Assembly: GCF_964204645.1 (NCBI RefSeq)
Contig: NC_134030.1
Location: forward strand, 8,351,122-8,415,121
Length of the DNA stretch: 64,000 nt
Source: Tubulanus polymorphus
Taxonomy: Eukaryota; Animalia; Nemertea
Direction: 5' to 3'
Position 1 is the first letter of the stretch; each line of letters opens with the position of its first letter. Under the pieces are notes generated by a model. That model searched no databases. It saw only the letters and a program-made list of their open reading frames with translations, and was not told the DNA's origin. The position numbers and the translations under genes were made by a program. Shown here piece after piece: positions 1 to 56,003 of the stretch.

Positions 1-508
1 TTTCTGGTAGGGCAGGCAGTGCAAATATTTTGTAAGGGGTGGTTCAATCCTCCCTAAAATAAATGGGAACTTAAGCTTAATTTTGGTGTAGGGTAGTCTT
101 CTATTTCCGGACAGGGCAGTGCAAATATTTTGGAAGCGGTGGTTCAATCCCCCAAAAAATACAGAAACTTAAGCTTGATTTTGGTGTAGGGTAGTCTCTT
201 CTATTTCTGGTAGGGACAGTGCAGATATTTCATAAAGGGTGGCTGATTTTCAGAATGAATGGAAGTAAAAATGAAATGGGTGGCCACCCCTCTAAAACCT
301 GAACACTGAATCAGCTTTATGTCAAATTGCTGCTTAAATCTTAGGTTGATATTCAGTAGAATGTGTAGAAATACTTTTAATGATAGAGATAATTTATGAA
401 ATATTGGATGACGTTAATTGTTCTCATTTCCCCGAAAGACCAGCTTGCCGTCTCGGCGCTTTTTTTAAAAATTGTCTCTATAATTTCTGTTGTATCTATT
501 ATTTCCAG

Positions 509-35673
<35,165 letters not shown>

Positions 35674-38600
35674 TTATCTCATCGATTCCTTGTAATTCCT
35701 AGTTAAACTTAGCGATCAATATAAATCATACTCGTTATCTATATTTACGATACGCCGTACGTTCGAATAAGATTGCATTACGATACCGATCTGGACCCAG
35801 TGCCGTATGTTACGATTGAAATTTGCTGAAAATTTTAGATGTAATACGAATACATGCAAAACTTTGTCGAATGCGAAACTGTCGAAATATTTCTTCGATG
35901 CCAAGCGTCAAACAAAAAAAACTCCCGACGGTCCTATGCGGTGTTCGATTTTCTCTTAAGTTGAATGGCGTTTTTCGATCATGTTAATATTTTGAAGAAG
36001 GAAAAAAAAACGTATTGTTGTAATTTATTATTGATAATATTATTGTATAATATTTCAAATTTAGATCGTACTACGTTGAAATATTTTAAGGTTCACGCGT
36101 GTTTCGTGGTTGATATTAAGTGTGTACCCACTGGCACCGTAGGTGTGTCGTGATACTGCAGCGTATATACGTGTCATTCGTTCTGTTAAAATGAGCTTAT
36201 AATCATCTGAGGTGTTCACAAATTTCCTGTGCCCGCAGTTCTAGGCGCGTGCCACTCTTGCTTGAGTTTGTAATCGGGTTCAAATCCCTGACGAGGGGGA
36301 TGGTTGATATCCAGCTGATATGGAAATCCTAAAAAGTAGGATGCTACTAGTGCTAGTTGAGATTGAAGAATGTAGAGTATTTCCTATGGCATATAAACGA
36401 AACTAAACGATTAGGTGTATTTTAAACTACCGGTTAAGCAAGCAATATTCAAACAAAGTATAATAGGATGATAACAATTTTATACACGCGTGCAATGATA
36501 CATAGTCTGTGCTCTTACGATTTTGAAATCAGTTTTCGCCTGCCTACTCAAATCCGTATATTGTTAAATAAGTTTACCCCGATTGCAAAATTATATGTGA
36601 TAGTTTGATAAAATGATTATCAAGGATCACTTTCTAATGATAGATAGGTGATGATTAGTTGCGATCCTGTGCTACTGATTTTTATGCTTTTTATGTGCGA
36701 GATAAAGGTCAACCACTTAGCTACAGTATGCGGTTTTTTCTTCAATCCTTTCATAAACTAACTTTGTACACTCAATGTCGTCATTTATGATAATAATGTC
36801 TGTCTGTAAACAATGATGTTGATGATGATGATGATGCACATATTTTCACTATTGATTAGCATTTAAAACTTGGAGAATTTTTTAGGGCGTATTAAAGCGA
36901 GTATAGGAGTCTTTTAGGTTTCAGCAGATGATTGTTGATTTGTCATGACGTTTCGAACTCAACGATCGTTGGACTAGTCTCTTAACGCTTTCGTCTGTAT
37001 CGACTACGGTCGCGCTAACCTCACGAATACTTTCAAATTCGTCTAGCTGCGCGTTTTTTAATGTTCAGACATCAACAGGAAGAAAATAGGCTATATTTTT
37101 ATTACTACTGCAATTCTGCTTTAATCGAATTAGATAATTATCTGTTACATCGATAACAGAAAAATGGACAAAAACGTCATCTTTATCTGAAAATATATAG
37201 TTCATAGTATTCACAGCATAATCGAGATTTGTTTTTAAAAATGCTTTGAAAGGCAACTATTCTTATATATAAAGATTGCGTCGATCGGACGAATGAACGA
37301 TGATATCGGCGAAAATTGTACTGAAATCTATTATCGCGTATTATCAACAAAACGTGTACATAACGTTAATAATCATAATAAACAATATTTAAATTATACT
37401 GTGATATGGGTATTAGTTAGAGTAATTTAATGATGATAAATATATGATATATGATATGCTTTAATTTGATAATGCGCTGAAGGAGAGTAACAAGAGGGTG
37501 ATTTTACATGTATATATATATTTGATTGCTGACGAGTTTCTTCGAGATGTTTCGGTGTTCAAGTTTTTAGAATTAAGTATTGCGTTTCGTGTTGTGTTTT
37601 TTTATTAATAGTTATCCAATAGTTATTCGATAGTTTTCCGATAGATATCGGAAGTTGCCCGCGTAGTGTAATGACTGTCATTTTCGTGGATTTTTTCGAA
37701 TTGAGAATCCCCGTGCGTAGTGAATAGTTGAAAGCGACGCGTTGCTCTACCGCCGTCGGTCACTCTCTAGTTTTTTAGCTGCGAATTTGAGAAGCTTCGA
37801 ACATTTATCATACAGTGAGTTTTAAGAGTTGTCCGTTAATCAAAATTTGTAAATTTCCTATATATATATATATATGTATATCGAATGCACGGTTCATATG
37901 ATATATTTTTTGTGCAATGATTGATCTACTTAATTGCTAATCGATTGAATTGAAATGTGTTCATTGAGTCGCATTGGTTCGTTCCGACTCACGAACGGAT
38001 ATAGTAATCCGTGCGATTGCGAAAAATTTGACGTTTCGTAAACTTCTTAAATAAAGAGCCGTGAGATTTTTATTATGTGTATTTGAGATGGAATTTTCGA
38101 AAAATGAGAAACTAGAATAGCATTGTCTTGCTGCGTCGAGCGTCGGTAGATTGCATTATTATAAGCAATGGACTTGTGGCAGAACTAGTAGGGGCTTCCA
38201 TGTACTTCGATTGTGAAAACAAAAAGTGTACAGCAGTGATGATACAGTATTGATAGGTTGGTTACCGGTACACCAGGCCCCAGTTCCACAGTTGTGAGTT
38301 AGAGTTAACTTTAAGTTGAAACCAGTTCATTTTCAATGAGTTAACTCAGAAGAGTCAAATCTTTACTCAGAGCTGTGGAACTGGATTGGTTGTTTTAGGT
38401 ATTAAAACAGTTGGGATCAAATTCCTTTGCCGTTTTATTCTGTGTGTTTGCGTAATTTTTAATCGTGCTCGTACGTCGTTCGTTCTTCGCTGAAAAAAAT
38501 CCAAACAACCATGACAGCAGAAGGTGTGAAGATTAGTGTGTGCTTATGACTTCGCGAGTACAATGATTTATAGAAGAGACACGATAAAAAGGATTGAATA

Positions 38601-41600
38601 AAGTTGTAGTAATTTTTATACGCTGAGTCGTTGCGGTAGTTGTGGGGCTCCGCTGGATTCGGATGATTTCACGATGTTGATATGATAGAAAAAAAATGCA
38701 TTTTCTCTTTATACGGGACAATTAACGTTAGTAACCGAATACATATCTTAACCACAGTTTCTATATCTGGAGGGTCGCAGATTGAAAAATGAAAATATTT
38801 TAGATTATAGGTATTGTCGATAAACTGATTACATGAAATATTAGGATATATATTATTTTTGATTTAGATAACGTAGGTGTTTGCAGTAATGCGGCACTGT
38901 TGTTTGTTATTTACGGAATTGTTGTCTTAGTCGGAAGAAGATTTAGAATACTTGCATAATAGTTGAACACAATAATATAACATAAACTCTTATATTCATA
39001 TAAATATACATATATACATATACATATATTTTGCTGAATCTCTTTAACTATATAGTAAATAACGGTATATCCAACGTAACAGTAGCCATTAGTAAGTGAT
39101 CGACATTGAATAGTTACTCGTATATAGAATTAGATTATATGGCTATGATTTTAGTATAGTTACCATGGGAAATGATATACCGGGTAGGTCGTATTGGATT
39201 AGTTTTCTCGATAACAAATCGTGCTTCTAAGGCGTAGATAGATTTAGGTATAGCTTCATTTTTTCGTGCCGCGTTTCAATTTCCGTGCGTTGAGTTCCCG
39301 AAAATAAAGACTGATGCTTATATACGCCGCTTAGGTTATGCATGAGTGAGACTTTTTCGTCTATCAAAGGCCAGTACTGATAGTAATCATAGTGTGAATT
39401 TCGATTGTTTCAAGACATCCCTGCCCCTCTTGCCTCGTTGTTCTGCATAGAGACAGCATTTTTACCGCGATATTAAAACAATCATGATTTCCAGTGTCTC
39501 GTTTTATTTGTGCAGTTCGTGCACGTACTCAGAATCCCGATAAAACTTGGAAAGATGTATCGCAAGTCAGCGATATTTTTGCATCCCGCTTAAGCAGAAA
39601 TTAGGCACTTAATCAGCAGAGAAAGTTACATGTAAAGCGATAGTTCTTCTATCTTGAAATGATTCCATTTGTATTGATTAGCTTTTACAAATCAGTCTTA
39701 TATAAAGGTTGTTACATACATTAGATGCACATTGATGATAATAACATGTACGTTTCATAGATAATGAATTGTTGTTTATGGTAGTTTTATAATACAGTGT
39801 GCCGACGATGGGATATCGATATTTGAAGTTGGCTTTAAAAGAAAAAGTGAGTACCTACCTACTTATAGGTTATGTAAAATAACACGGGCTTAATGAGAGA
39901 TTAAAACTATGTACATGTACATGTAACTCAATTTGTGTACATGTGCATGTATGCATACGCCTATAAACAGGTGTAAGGATATTTTTGCAGCCATTTTCTA
40001 GATATTTATAGCGCTCACGTAGTATCCGGTCTGTACTGCGATTAGGGGCGAAGTAGCCGAAATGTCAGTTTATATATCAGATTCGGGATGTTTTTATTTA
40101 AAAAAAAAAAACGTATTCGAAAACGATATTTGCCGCAAATTTCAACCAAGTTGCGATTTGAAGGAAAATAGAAATGATATCGTTTTTATTATTAGAGCCG
40201 TGTGCAATAGTCATAATCAAAATTATCATTGATTTAAAATCGATACATGATCTGATCTGCGACGCACTGGCGTACACGCACGCGTTCTGTAAAACATAGT
40301 CGATTGTTATGCAATATTCCTGGATTTAGTTTTTATTAGACAGCATATAGATGTTAACGTAATTTACTGCTTTATGTTCTTTCATTAATCAATAACTCTA
40401 ATCAATTGATGATTATTATTACTCAGTGTTTGTGTACTATATATGAATTGTGAGTTTTGAAGTTCGTTATGTATATTACTATATATTTGTAATCAAAATT
40501 CTCGATTAGATGCAGAATATTATTATGATTCTTATGATATTGTTTACAATGTATATGTTCACGAATATATATGTGTGTATACTGGTATATTTGGTGATTC
40601 GTAGATTTAAGATTGCCGAATGATAATCGCTATTATGATCGAAGATGGTAGGATAGTAGATCGGAAATTATCTTGAATGAAGAATGGAGTAAGATGGTCC
40701 CGATCGATGAGTTGAATATTGATATTAAGCACCGTCGAATTTCAGGGATTGATTGGTTAAAGGTCGATTAGAATTAACCATCCAATGAATACGGTGGTGA
40801 TTAGGAAATTTTAATCGTCACTCTATCAGTTGTCCGCTGATATCTTAACCAACTTTTAAGCAACTGGTTCCTGGATTTACTCAACGTAGGTCAACTGGTT
40901 TCGGGTTTCATTTGTAAGTCTTACAAAAAAGCAGATTGAATAGTAGCAGTAGATAAGTTTTTAAAAGTTTAAAGCGAATTCAGAGAGTTTACTTTTAGCC
41001 AATATATAGCTATCTTTTTTACGATCAAATTGATAGATTATTAAGAATGTAGCTGGAATTTTCTGATCGTAGGATATTTTACGTTTTTAGTTGTAGTTGA
41101 TTGCTGTATTTAATGTTACGTATGAATGACTATATATCCCATGTATCACTTTTTCGAAATCATTATCTTATTGAAAACTAATTCGTATTCATATGCGCTT
41201 ATGATATAAATTACTATGATAGCTGAATATAATTACGGTTATACTTGTGAAAATCGTTTTGATCAGGCAGAGTTCTTAGAGCAGCCGGTATGTAAGGTAC
41301 TGTGCCGTAATCAAGCTCATTCCAATGATTTAGAGCGATTGAACGGCTTTTATGGACTGAAATCTTCGCGTAATTTATTGAAATTTACATCGAAACTTAG
41401 CTTGAAAAATGTAGGAATTTTAGTTGTTCGCAAATCAAAGTTTAAAAACTAGAGGTTGGACTTGGAAATTCCCTTAGAATGAATATCAGTAATTTAGCTC
41501 AGATAGATACAGTTGCCTCCCTTATTACGTCAATGATTTGCCATGATGCAAGTTCTCTTCAGGGTTTCCAGGTTTCATATTCAGGTTGTAGATTATTGAT

Positions 41601-44600
41601 TATTATCGACTGTTATATGTAAATATATATATATATACGTTTAAATATATATATTCATACTAGTATTTCATGTAGGTATTAGCGGCGTTGTTCATAGAGT
41701 TGACGATTAGTTCGTTTTATATTGTTTTAGGGGTTTTGAGTTTTGATTTTCGACGTGACGCGTACGTTATTAATCGAAATAGTAGATTTGTATTTATTGA
41801 AACTGGTTGCATATTTAGAAAAAAATCGATACAAACCGCAATTGTCTGCGATCGTTAGCATTTTAGTTTCGCCGTTAGTTCAAAAAGCATCTTCTGCTCT
41901 CCCAACAAAAACGCTTAGCGCAATCAATGTCGTTCGTAGAGAGGAAACTTTTTAAAAAACATTCCATTTTATATGAGATAGTATACAATATATTGATATT
42001 AATATGATTATAATAATTATGATGATAATGATAATGATGTACTTCATCTATATGTGATTGTAAATGTATATATGAATATATGAATGATGTTATTGTTGAG
42101 AAATGATAATTCGGTCAGAACCAAAGAGTAAAATATCGACACCCCACTCTCTGCATTTGTGCATCGTATCATTGATAATGTACGTGTACGACTTGTGGTT
42201 GTATAATGCGTGTTGTGTCTTTCAATATTTTACTGGTGCATAAGCAGCAGCGTCATCATATTATGGGAAATGAGCGCATGTATGAGCCACGATTACGCGG
42301 TGAGACAAGATTGGCAGGGATCGAGACGAGTCAAATTTGGCCCGTGCCTAATTATAGAGAGCGCACTCGCACGTAAACCACTCGCTCGATACTAAACGAT
42401 GCTCAATCGAAGCGAAGTGAGTCACTCCCGGAACTAGTTGCAATTCAAATGCAATCGTTTGTCCCGTGCTGAAATTTGGCTGCGGCCTGGTTCGAAGTTT
42501 TTTCGTCGAGCCAAATAGGCACGGGCCCATTTGGCACCAATGGGAACAGTTGTTCAATACGCCAATACGCTCATGTGATCGCGGCTCTAATTATGGTTTT
42601 CTGTCAGTTGACGTCAATGTTGTGAGGCTGCGGTATGTCCTTATTGTAGTTCACTGTTTCGGTGTAACAAAGCAGTGTTAGTCTTTCCCGGCGTTAGGAC
42701 GAGGATGATTCAAATACAAACATCTGCATGAAACGGAATATTTTTTGCTTCCAAAATTGAAGAATCTGACGAAATTCCATGTATCGTTCCGTAGAATTGA
42801 CAGAATTTTGTGGATTCTCGGGCCAGTGTTTCGAAATGGAAGGTATTGCCCGGGATAAGCTAACATTGTTTTAATAATCACATTGCTCTCATTAACCCTT
42901 TGTTTGCTATTTGCGACTTCTGGTTGGAACTGGCCCGAGCATTAACCCCCCATTTCAAATTGCAATTCTTGCATAGTGTTCATTGATTTATCATTTAAAC
43001 TCTATAAAAATGTGTTGTGTATTACGTATTGTTTTGCTTTTTCTGGTTAACCAAAACTGTAGTTTTTTGATAATTGTACGTTATTTTAGTTTGCTAGTCA
43101 CTTTGTCACCATTTTGTTTAGTTGTTTGCCGCTTCTTTTTTTGTACCTAGATATTAGTCATTCCCTCCACATTCCATTTTTGTATTTATTCATCTCGCGA
43201 CGCTGATTGCCGAGAAATTGCAATGTAAAAACTGTCGCATATAGTATTAGAATATCGTCGAAATTCAAATGTGTTGTTCGAAATTTTCGATCGACTGAAA
43301 GCGTATATAGCATTTGATAACGCCTGTTGGAAGATAGTCGTTTTCTTATTTAGATTTTTCTGCTTAGATCGTATGCATTTTAAAAGCTATCTTCGAATGT
43401 TGTCCGTAGTAGCGTAGTGCGCCCAGCCGCTTGCGATTCAACGTACCGTAGATCGTCGTCGCTGATTCTAATCGCGCCGATGATAAAAATCGATCGTATA
43501 TAGTTTTCCTGATCTCATCGCAATCGAAAAAACAACCACAGTAATCGTAATAGATATTCGTTCGTTTTATCACTGTTTGTTTTTTGTGCAATAGTTATAA
43601 TGACACATGCGTAGTCACTTTCACCTTAGTAGTTTATCCTATCGACGTAGTCACTCGAGTATTTATCTTCATCGTTGAATATTTGACTTCTCGAAAATTT
43701 TTTAAAATGATCTGTATTTTTACACCGCAATTCCTCCCCTGCAGTGCTTTTCATGTGCTTTTTTCGTACACGCGACAATTTGAAATATTTTTGCTGGTTG
43801 TAACAGGGTAAAAATTAACTTATTCATATCAGCAGAGAATTCGGTAGCGAAGCTTGGCGATTCTTTTCCAAGGTCTGGCTTCGTCTGGAAATTTTATCAG
43901 ATCTTCGCGTCAATCATTACGGTAATACTCCAAATATTGAGGTATTGAGATTTTGTGTATGGCGATGATTGTAAAATCGCCGTATTGCTCAAACTTTCCG
44001 CAAATTATAATGATAATTCTACTCATGCAATTGATGATAGGAGAAAAGTATTGTCCAGTTTATAAATCAACGGCAAGTTTTCTAGAATAATTGAAATATC
44101 TGTACTCTCGCTCATTGCGCTGGCGCAATTCAGATTACCGTTCAGATTACCGTTATTAAGTGAATCATACTAGCTGATGGTACTTAGATAAATCGGCATT
44201 CATTTTATATCAGAGCGTAGTGCAAATCTGTTTTTGGCGGTTTGCTACGCGGCCGTAAAGGTTTCGAACGCTAGTAAGTCGTACTGAATGAAATTATATT
44301 TTTTTAAAAGACATAAACAAGAAATAGAACTATGCTATGAATTTTTTGGCCAGTTCGTTTGTGTGCAAATACATTGGGGTTCTTGCTCAAAAAAAAGTTT
44401 GATGGTTCATAGGTAGAATTACTGGACAACAGACACACACAACCCTGAAAAAGCTAGTAATGAAATGCACTCAATGATAATAAACGCTCACGCATACTTA
44501 GATTTTCGATATTAACGCAAATAATAGAACCCGGTTTGCTCAATGAAACCTTGGGAGGTTTATCGGCCAGCTTTATGGCACCCAAGATGATACCTTTCAA

Positions 44601-45415
44601 GCACGCTGTTTTAATCTTGTACGTAGCAATAACTAACGGGTAGATATTTGACGGTTTGTAATGTTAGAGCCCGGTTCTGATTAGATCAGGAATCGATGGC
44701 ACGTTTTTCTGGATGCCATCATTTGTTGATATTATACGTACGCCGATTTTATGATTAAGAAAAAAAAACAGATGCCGATTTAGAAAAGTTCGATCAAAGG
44801 TATATTAATCGAATCACAGAGACCGCATCATCATGATATTCATGATGAATGCTTATCGAGTTGTAAATTGGTACTACTTCATATGTCGGACCTACGAGCA
44901 ATCATCTCGATGATTGCCTCGTAGGTAAGACTTACCACCGAGTCAGAAATTGTAACTATAGGTTGATGTTATCGTAAACAAACATCGTCGTGCACAAAAG
45001 TGAAGAATATTAGTTGTTAGTTACGATTGTCATAATTTGCCGCTTTGAAATCCAGCAACCATCAGTTGACATATCACATTTTCAGTGGTTTCGGACATGA
45101 CATGGTCTGCGCATCCTCCAGTTACTGCTGTATTTCGAGATGCTGAAATATCATTTTTCCTAACGTTAAACTGATAATGATAATGATAATAATATGTCAA
45201 ATTGGTAATTATTAAGATTCGATTAGATTTTGTGTAACCTTCTCTTCCTCGTTATCTTTTCTTCCTGTAAAATATGAATAAATCATCAGTATTTATAGGG
45301 ATTTCAAAGCAGCTCTTCTACTATATAATATATGTACGTAAGATGATTAGAATTACATAGTTATTCCCAGTTTCAATAAATACATATTTTCTAATGTATA
45401 TTGTTAAATAAAAGT
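35674..45415 (+). other. Probable very long 3' UTR of MEIOC
   Basis: About 9.7 kb of AT-rich, T-biased sequence with no credible exons, ending in a cluster of AATAAA signals near 45277, 45375 and 45407. The extent is inferred. Confidence 0.45.
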
Positions 45416-45420
45416 ATAAC

Positions 45421-45457
<37 letters not shown>

Positions 45458-45731
45458 CATTAGGCCTAGATTTTAATGATTAGATTTATCGTTCTCTATG
45501 TACATTAGTTAATATTATTAAAGTGTATTGACATGTGTGACTAGTGGGATTATTAGATCATGACAAGTAGTAAGGTTCCACCAGGTGGCGCCTGGTTCAC
45601 GTGTACGTTTTAAAAATGGCCCCTGTTCGTCGTACTGTTCAATGTCGAGTCTCTGGTTTTATTTTTGCGTAAAACATGTTCACAAACTTCGGAACAGATT
45701 CTTTTCATCGAAATTGAGGCAAATAATATCC

Positions 45732-45844
45732 GGGGTCTTGTTTTATCGACTGGTATTACCTTTAACCCGGGGGGCTAACTCAGCTCATTTTCAATTGAAT
45801 CAGCCCTCGGGTTAAAGGTAATAGCAATCTATAAAACCGGTCCC
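45732..45844. mobile_element. Short (~110 bp) palindromic MITE; similar elements at about 30655-30757, 38276-38385, 46672-46780, 57472-57584
   Basis: Near-complete inverted repeat (tattacctttaacccg / cgggttaaaggtaata) with GG.CC-type ends. Confidence 0.6.
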
Positions 45845-47594
45845 AGATTTATAACCACTATTGCAACTAGTGTAACTAGTATATGAGTTGGTAAAAAAAA
45901 TTACATACCCGGTAGTTCATTCCTGGATGATCAATAGGAATGAACATAACCACAGATTTTTACATATTTAATAGTATATATTTATACAAAACACCTTCCC
46001 CGTGTACCACTGTTTCCTCCAAATGTTCACATCTGCATCGAAACTAGGAGTAGGGCGATCTCTCTTGATTTTCTGGGTTTTGTGATAGCAGTCGCATCAA
46101 TGATGGCATTTTTTGGTGAAATCCCACCTCCCTCCCTGTAAGATGAAGGGAATGGTTCAGATGCCGATGTGAGAACTTTGGTTTAAATTGGCTCTGAAAA
46201 TGTAGAAAAACCTTAGTAACAGAAAACGACAGGGGGTTCAAGGGAACTAAACTGGCTTATAATATGCATATACTCGGTATGCAAGTAATTGATTCATAAA
46301 ACTATAATTATTAGTTGTTTTTTATTGGAATTTATTACTATTATATAATTGAATGGTCCATTTTATGCATATGAGTTTCAGAATGATATAGCCTTTATGT
46401 AAAGTGTTCACCGGCTTGGTGTCTGGTAGTAGGCGCACGACTTCACAACGTATTTACCAGAATTACCCAAATAATGATTGTCATGTTGTCAATCTTAAAA
46501 ACAAACCTTGTTTCTGGAAAAATCAATACCTTCTATTGATTTGTGTTACTAGCTACATGTATATTTTTTTATTCGTCCGAAAAATATCGAAAAAGTTAAA
46601 CGCTAACTTGTGTGGTCTAAATTCGTTTATCAATTCAACTCTTGGAAACTGCAAGTCTTGCAGATTCCAACAGGCCCAGTTCAGAAGTTATTAGTTACAT
46701 TTCGCTCTATGTAGAGAGTAAACCGATTTTTACCGTGGTTATTAACCGTTAAATCTAACTCGAAATTTCTGAACTGGTTCCTCCTGGTTAAAGTCATTTA
46801 TCAAGTATGACACAAGCATAATATATATATATATATATATATATATAGATATATTGAATATGAGCAATAGTTATTCACTTCTGAACTTGCTACAAAAATA
46901 TATCGAAACCCGCTCAAATTGGCGAAAATATGAACAAAGTTAGGCGAGAATCCGCTAATTCAGTTGCCTTGAATCTTTCTGATTAAAATGAACAGGTTTT
47001 AATTGAATCGTTGCTCAATAAGAGATTTTCTGTAGTGTCGGCAGCCGTTGAGACACGGAAGTGCGGTGAACACTGATATATTGTCTAATGATTGTCTAAT
47101 GTGTTTTCATATAAATTCTATTAATTGAAGCACTAATTTTTTCTCTGACTTGAATGTTTGAGACATGATAATAAATAATTAAATAAAAATCCGGTTGCAT
47201 CTGAAAAAGACCTTGCGAACGTTGTTTTTGTTTCTATGAATGTGGACGTTTCGATCCGATGACCTCAGTCTCCTAATCGTTTCCTAATCATCCTCGCTTG
47301 CAAACCCCGGCAAGCATTTCCGAGCACGAAGAAAATATCGAAAAGATGATACGAGCACTGATGTGTAATGCGAGTATTCTATTTTTACCAGATTTTCGTT
47401 CCGATTTTTCCGACGACGCACAAGGTGACGAGAAACGCGGTTTAATTTTAGAATGGCCCAACGGATATTGCTGTTATAATGTCGTCTGTCTAGAATCTAG
47501 ATCACTAAGAATCGGTGTAAATCCGGTTTCGAACTAAAAGACACCTTCGTGTATCCAGTCTATAGAGGCTAAGAATTTCCATTTATCCACAATA

Positions 47595-47765
47595 CAATGA
47601 AACCTCGTTATAACGAACTCGGAGGGACATTCATCGGATATAACAGATATAGAATTTCGTCTCTAGTTATAAAATCTAATTAATTACACACTGGATATAG
47701 CGAACTATCGGGTTTATAACGAACATACTTTCAGGTCCTGTGTTCGTTGTAACGAGGTTACACTG
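47595..47765. mobile_element. Tc1/mariner(pogo)-like MITE
   Basis: TA|caatgaaacctcgttataacgaac ... gttcgttgtaacgaggttacactg|TA; ~24-bp imperfect TIR. Confidence 0.75.
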
Positions 47766-47957
47766 TAATAATTCATTGATATTCATAACTCACACAGAAA
47801 AGCATATTAACAAGTTGACGAAATACAGGTATATAATTATGATTTTTATAGATTGATATTTCATAATGCTCAAATACAAAAGTCATAGTTATTTTGCTCA
47901 GCCATGGTCTAATTTCAGTTCAATGTGCCGGTTGTTCATTCGCAAATTTCACTACAT

Positions 47958-53756
<5,799 letters not shown>

Positions 53757-55438
53757 GATCCCGCAGTGTTCTTGTCGCGTCTTCACCGATCTGTCGTCCC
53801 GTGTCGTGTGATAGATAGATAAAGTCCTGGATCAGACGTCGACCTAAATCAAACAACAACGCGGCGATGATTGTCGCACGTTATTCGAACTTTGTCCTTT
53901 GCTACTATATCGTTCAGCTAGCTGGTGTGCTAGCTAAAATCCCCAGTGCACCAGTGTGGTGGTTTGGAGAACCATTAGTGCGGGAGACTGGGAGGAACTC
54001 TATGTTTTATTACATGTTTTTGGGGAAAATGAGGCTTTACGGACAGGTCCTGAACCACCGTTATCAGAGCCCAAGTTCGACGGTTCCTAACGCCATAGAG
54101 CCAACGCTTTCGAAATGGTGTGCGTTCACCCTGGGCCATACGTGTGGCTCAAAGGCGCGCGAACTATACCACTGCACTTTTACTCGAGATCTTTCTATAA
54201 GCATTAAATACAAGTTGAACACTGAGTGTGTTCTTGGTTTCTGGCATAAGGCCCTGTTTGCATTGATATGCTGCCAGTTTTCAATGGACTTTGAAGCATT
54301 CAATATACTATAGCGCACGGTTGTTATGTGCTGGGACATTATCGACATAAATACACCGCACTAGCTGAGTACAGCTTGCTGTGTGTGGAAAGGCTGGTGA
54401 ACGGCGGCTACAATACTGAGGGTCTCTACGACCGCCTTTTGCCGACGGATGGACGTAGATTCAACTAGATTGCGTCTATAGAATCTTGTTTTAGGTAAGT
54501 AGGATATAGAATAGATATTTTATTAGTATGGATGAAGCATGCTGCCCAGCGCCACTGCCACTTCTATTACAGGCATGTAGAGTGCTTTGCAGAAACAACT
54601 CACCTACTTGCTGCTGATGCTGCCGCTGCTGCCGCTGCTGCTGCTGATGTTGCTCATTGAAAGTGTTTACGAAGTGCTGCGGTGAAATTCATATTTTCTA
54701 TGCAGAGTCCGTGATATCATTAAACGATAAACTGTGATTCACGATTGTTTCATAAAACTGGTTTTCAAAAATTTGTTTTAATGTGAAACGATTAGGTTTT
54801 AGTTCAAGTGACTGTTATAGATAGAATTCACACCATATTTCCTGCAAGGATAACTGAATTTCCAATCACATCGTAGTGTTTTTAGGATTAGGGACCTGTA
54901 CTTATGTCACTGAAAGTGCTATTCATGGTTTGTTCATATTTGAAACTGGATGGTCGCACAGGTTAATTGAATGTATATGTTCTGCTTTCATATGGGAATT
55001 AAGGATTGGTACATTATAAAGTGAAATTCATATCCGTTAGATTAACGTGCTCCCCTCACTCATACTCACAACTATATCGAGAACCGAGCGGTTAATGACT
55101 GTCAATGTTTAATGAACGTGAATACGACTAGTTCATCAAATGTACGCATAATTACCGCAACAGCCTGGTTTTTTTATTCATGTGGCAGATGTTTGGTAAA
55201 CCCATGAAAACGCTCCCAATCTATAGAGGAAGGAGCTTTTGATTATGTCGAGGGTTGTTGATATGGGGATCAGAAATTACAAGTCATAACTTGGTGAATG
55301 TGTAAATGGGCAATACCGGCAAAGAACGGGTTTTATTATCGAACTTGAGATGGGAAAATGCTTTTGTTAAGATTCCTGTTGGAGAATGAATAACAGTAAA
55401 AGTCCTTTAATAACGCCACCGTTGGAACCGACGAAATA

Positions 55439-55610
55439 CAGTCTACCCCGATATACGCCTTCCCTTATACCGCCATCCCCGCATACCGCCAGGTTTTCTC
55501 AATGTACATCTCAATACTAATACATATAGTGAAACACTGATATACCGCAATACTCTCTAAAACGCCAAAATCTTCTGCACCGATGTGGGCGGTATGTAGG
55601 GGGTTGACTG
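55439..55610. mobile_element. Tc1/mariner-like MITE in the SLC35 5' UTR intron
   Basis: TA|cagtctaccccgatatac ... gtatgtagggggttgactg|TA. Confidence 0.65.
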
Positions 55611-56003
55611 TATATGGCGTTATAACGAATTTGGCGTCATAAAGAAAGGTATTTCACTTGAATTTGAGTTCGATTGCGTACTGAATAATGTTGGTCTTGT
55701 GCGCAGTAGCATTAAAGAGACAAAATTGTTTATTGGCTTAGCCGAAGCCATGTCCCATCCATTCCAATTCTTTAGATTCTATGTGCCCCAACGGGGCGAC
55801 AGCAGAACAGGATCGTTATCCACGTTAACACAAATCTACAAATGGTCATAGAACAATCCGAGAATTACACGAGCATCATTCGGGAAAAGTTATTTTCAAG
55901 GGCTAATTTAATTTGGTTTCTGTTGTCGGCGGATATTTTACTTACGAGATTTTCCTTTCAACTCTGTTTCAGAAGCCAGTGATCCAATAAACCATCCAAC
56001 AAG

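Noticed and set aside
46044-46193. Minus-strand phase-0 terminal-exon-like ORF (SQFKPKFSHRH...) as a third ALDH tail
   Set aside because: It has a good acceptor but no similarity to the V-S-I terminal strand of ALDH. Nearby exon-like segments (46400-47535) have stops in the frames tried; at most an unsupported non-coding transcript.
53867-54348. 148-aa and 94-aa ORFs between ALDH and SLC35
   Set aside because: No recognisable homology or protein-like pattern; the position fits a promoter region.
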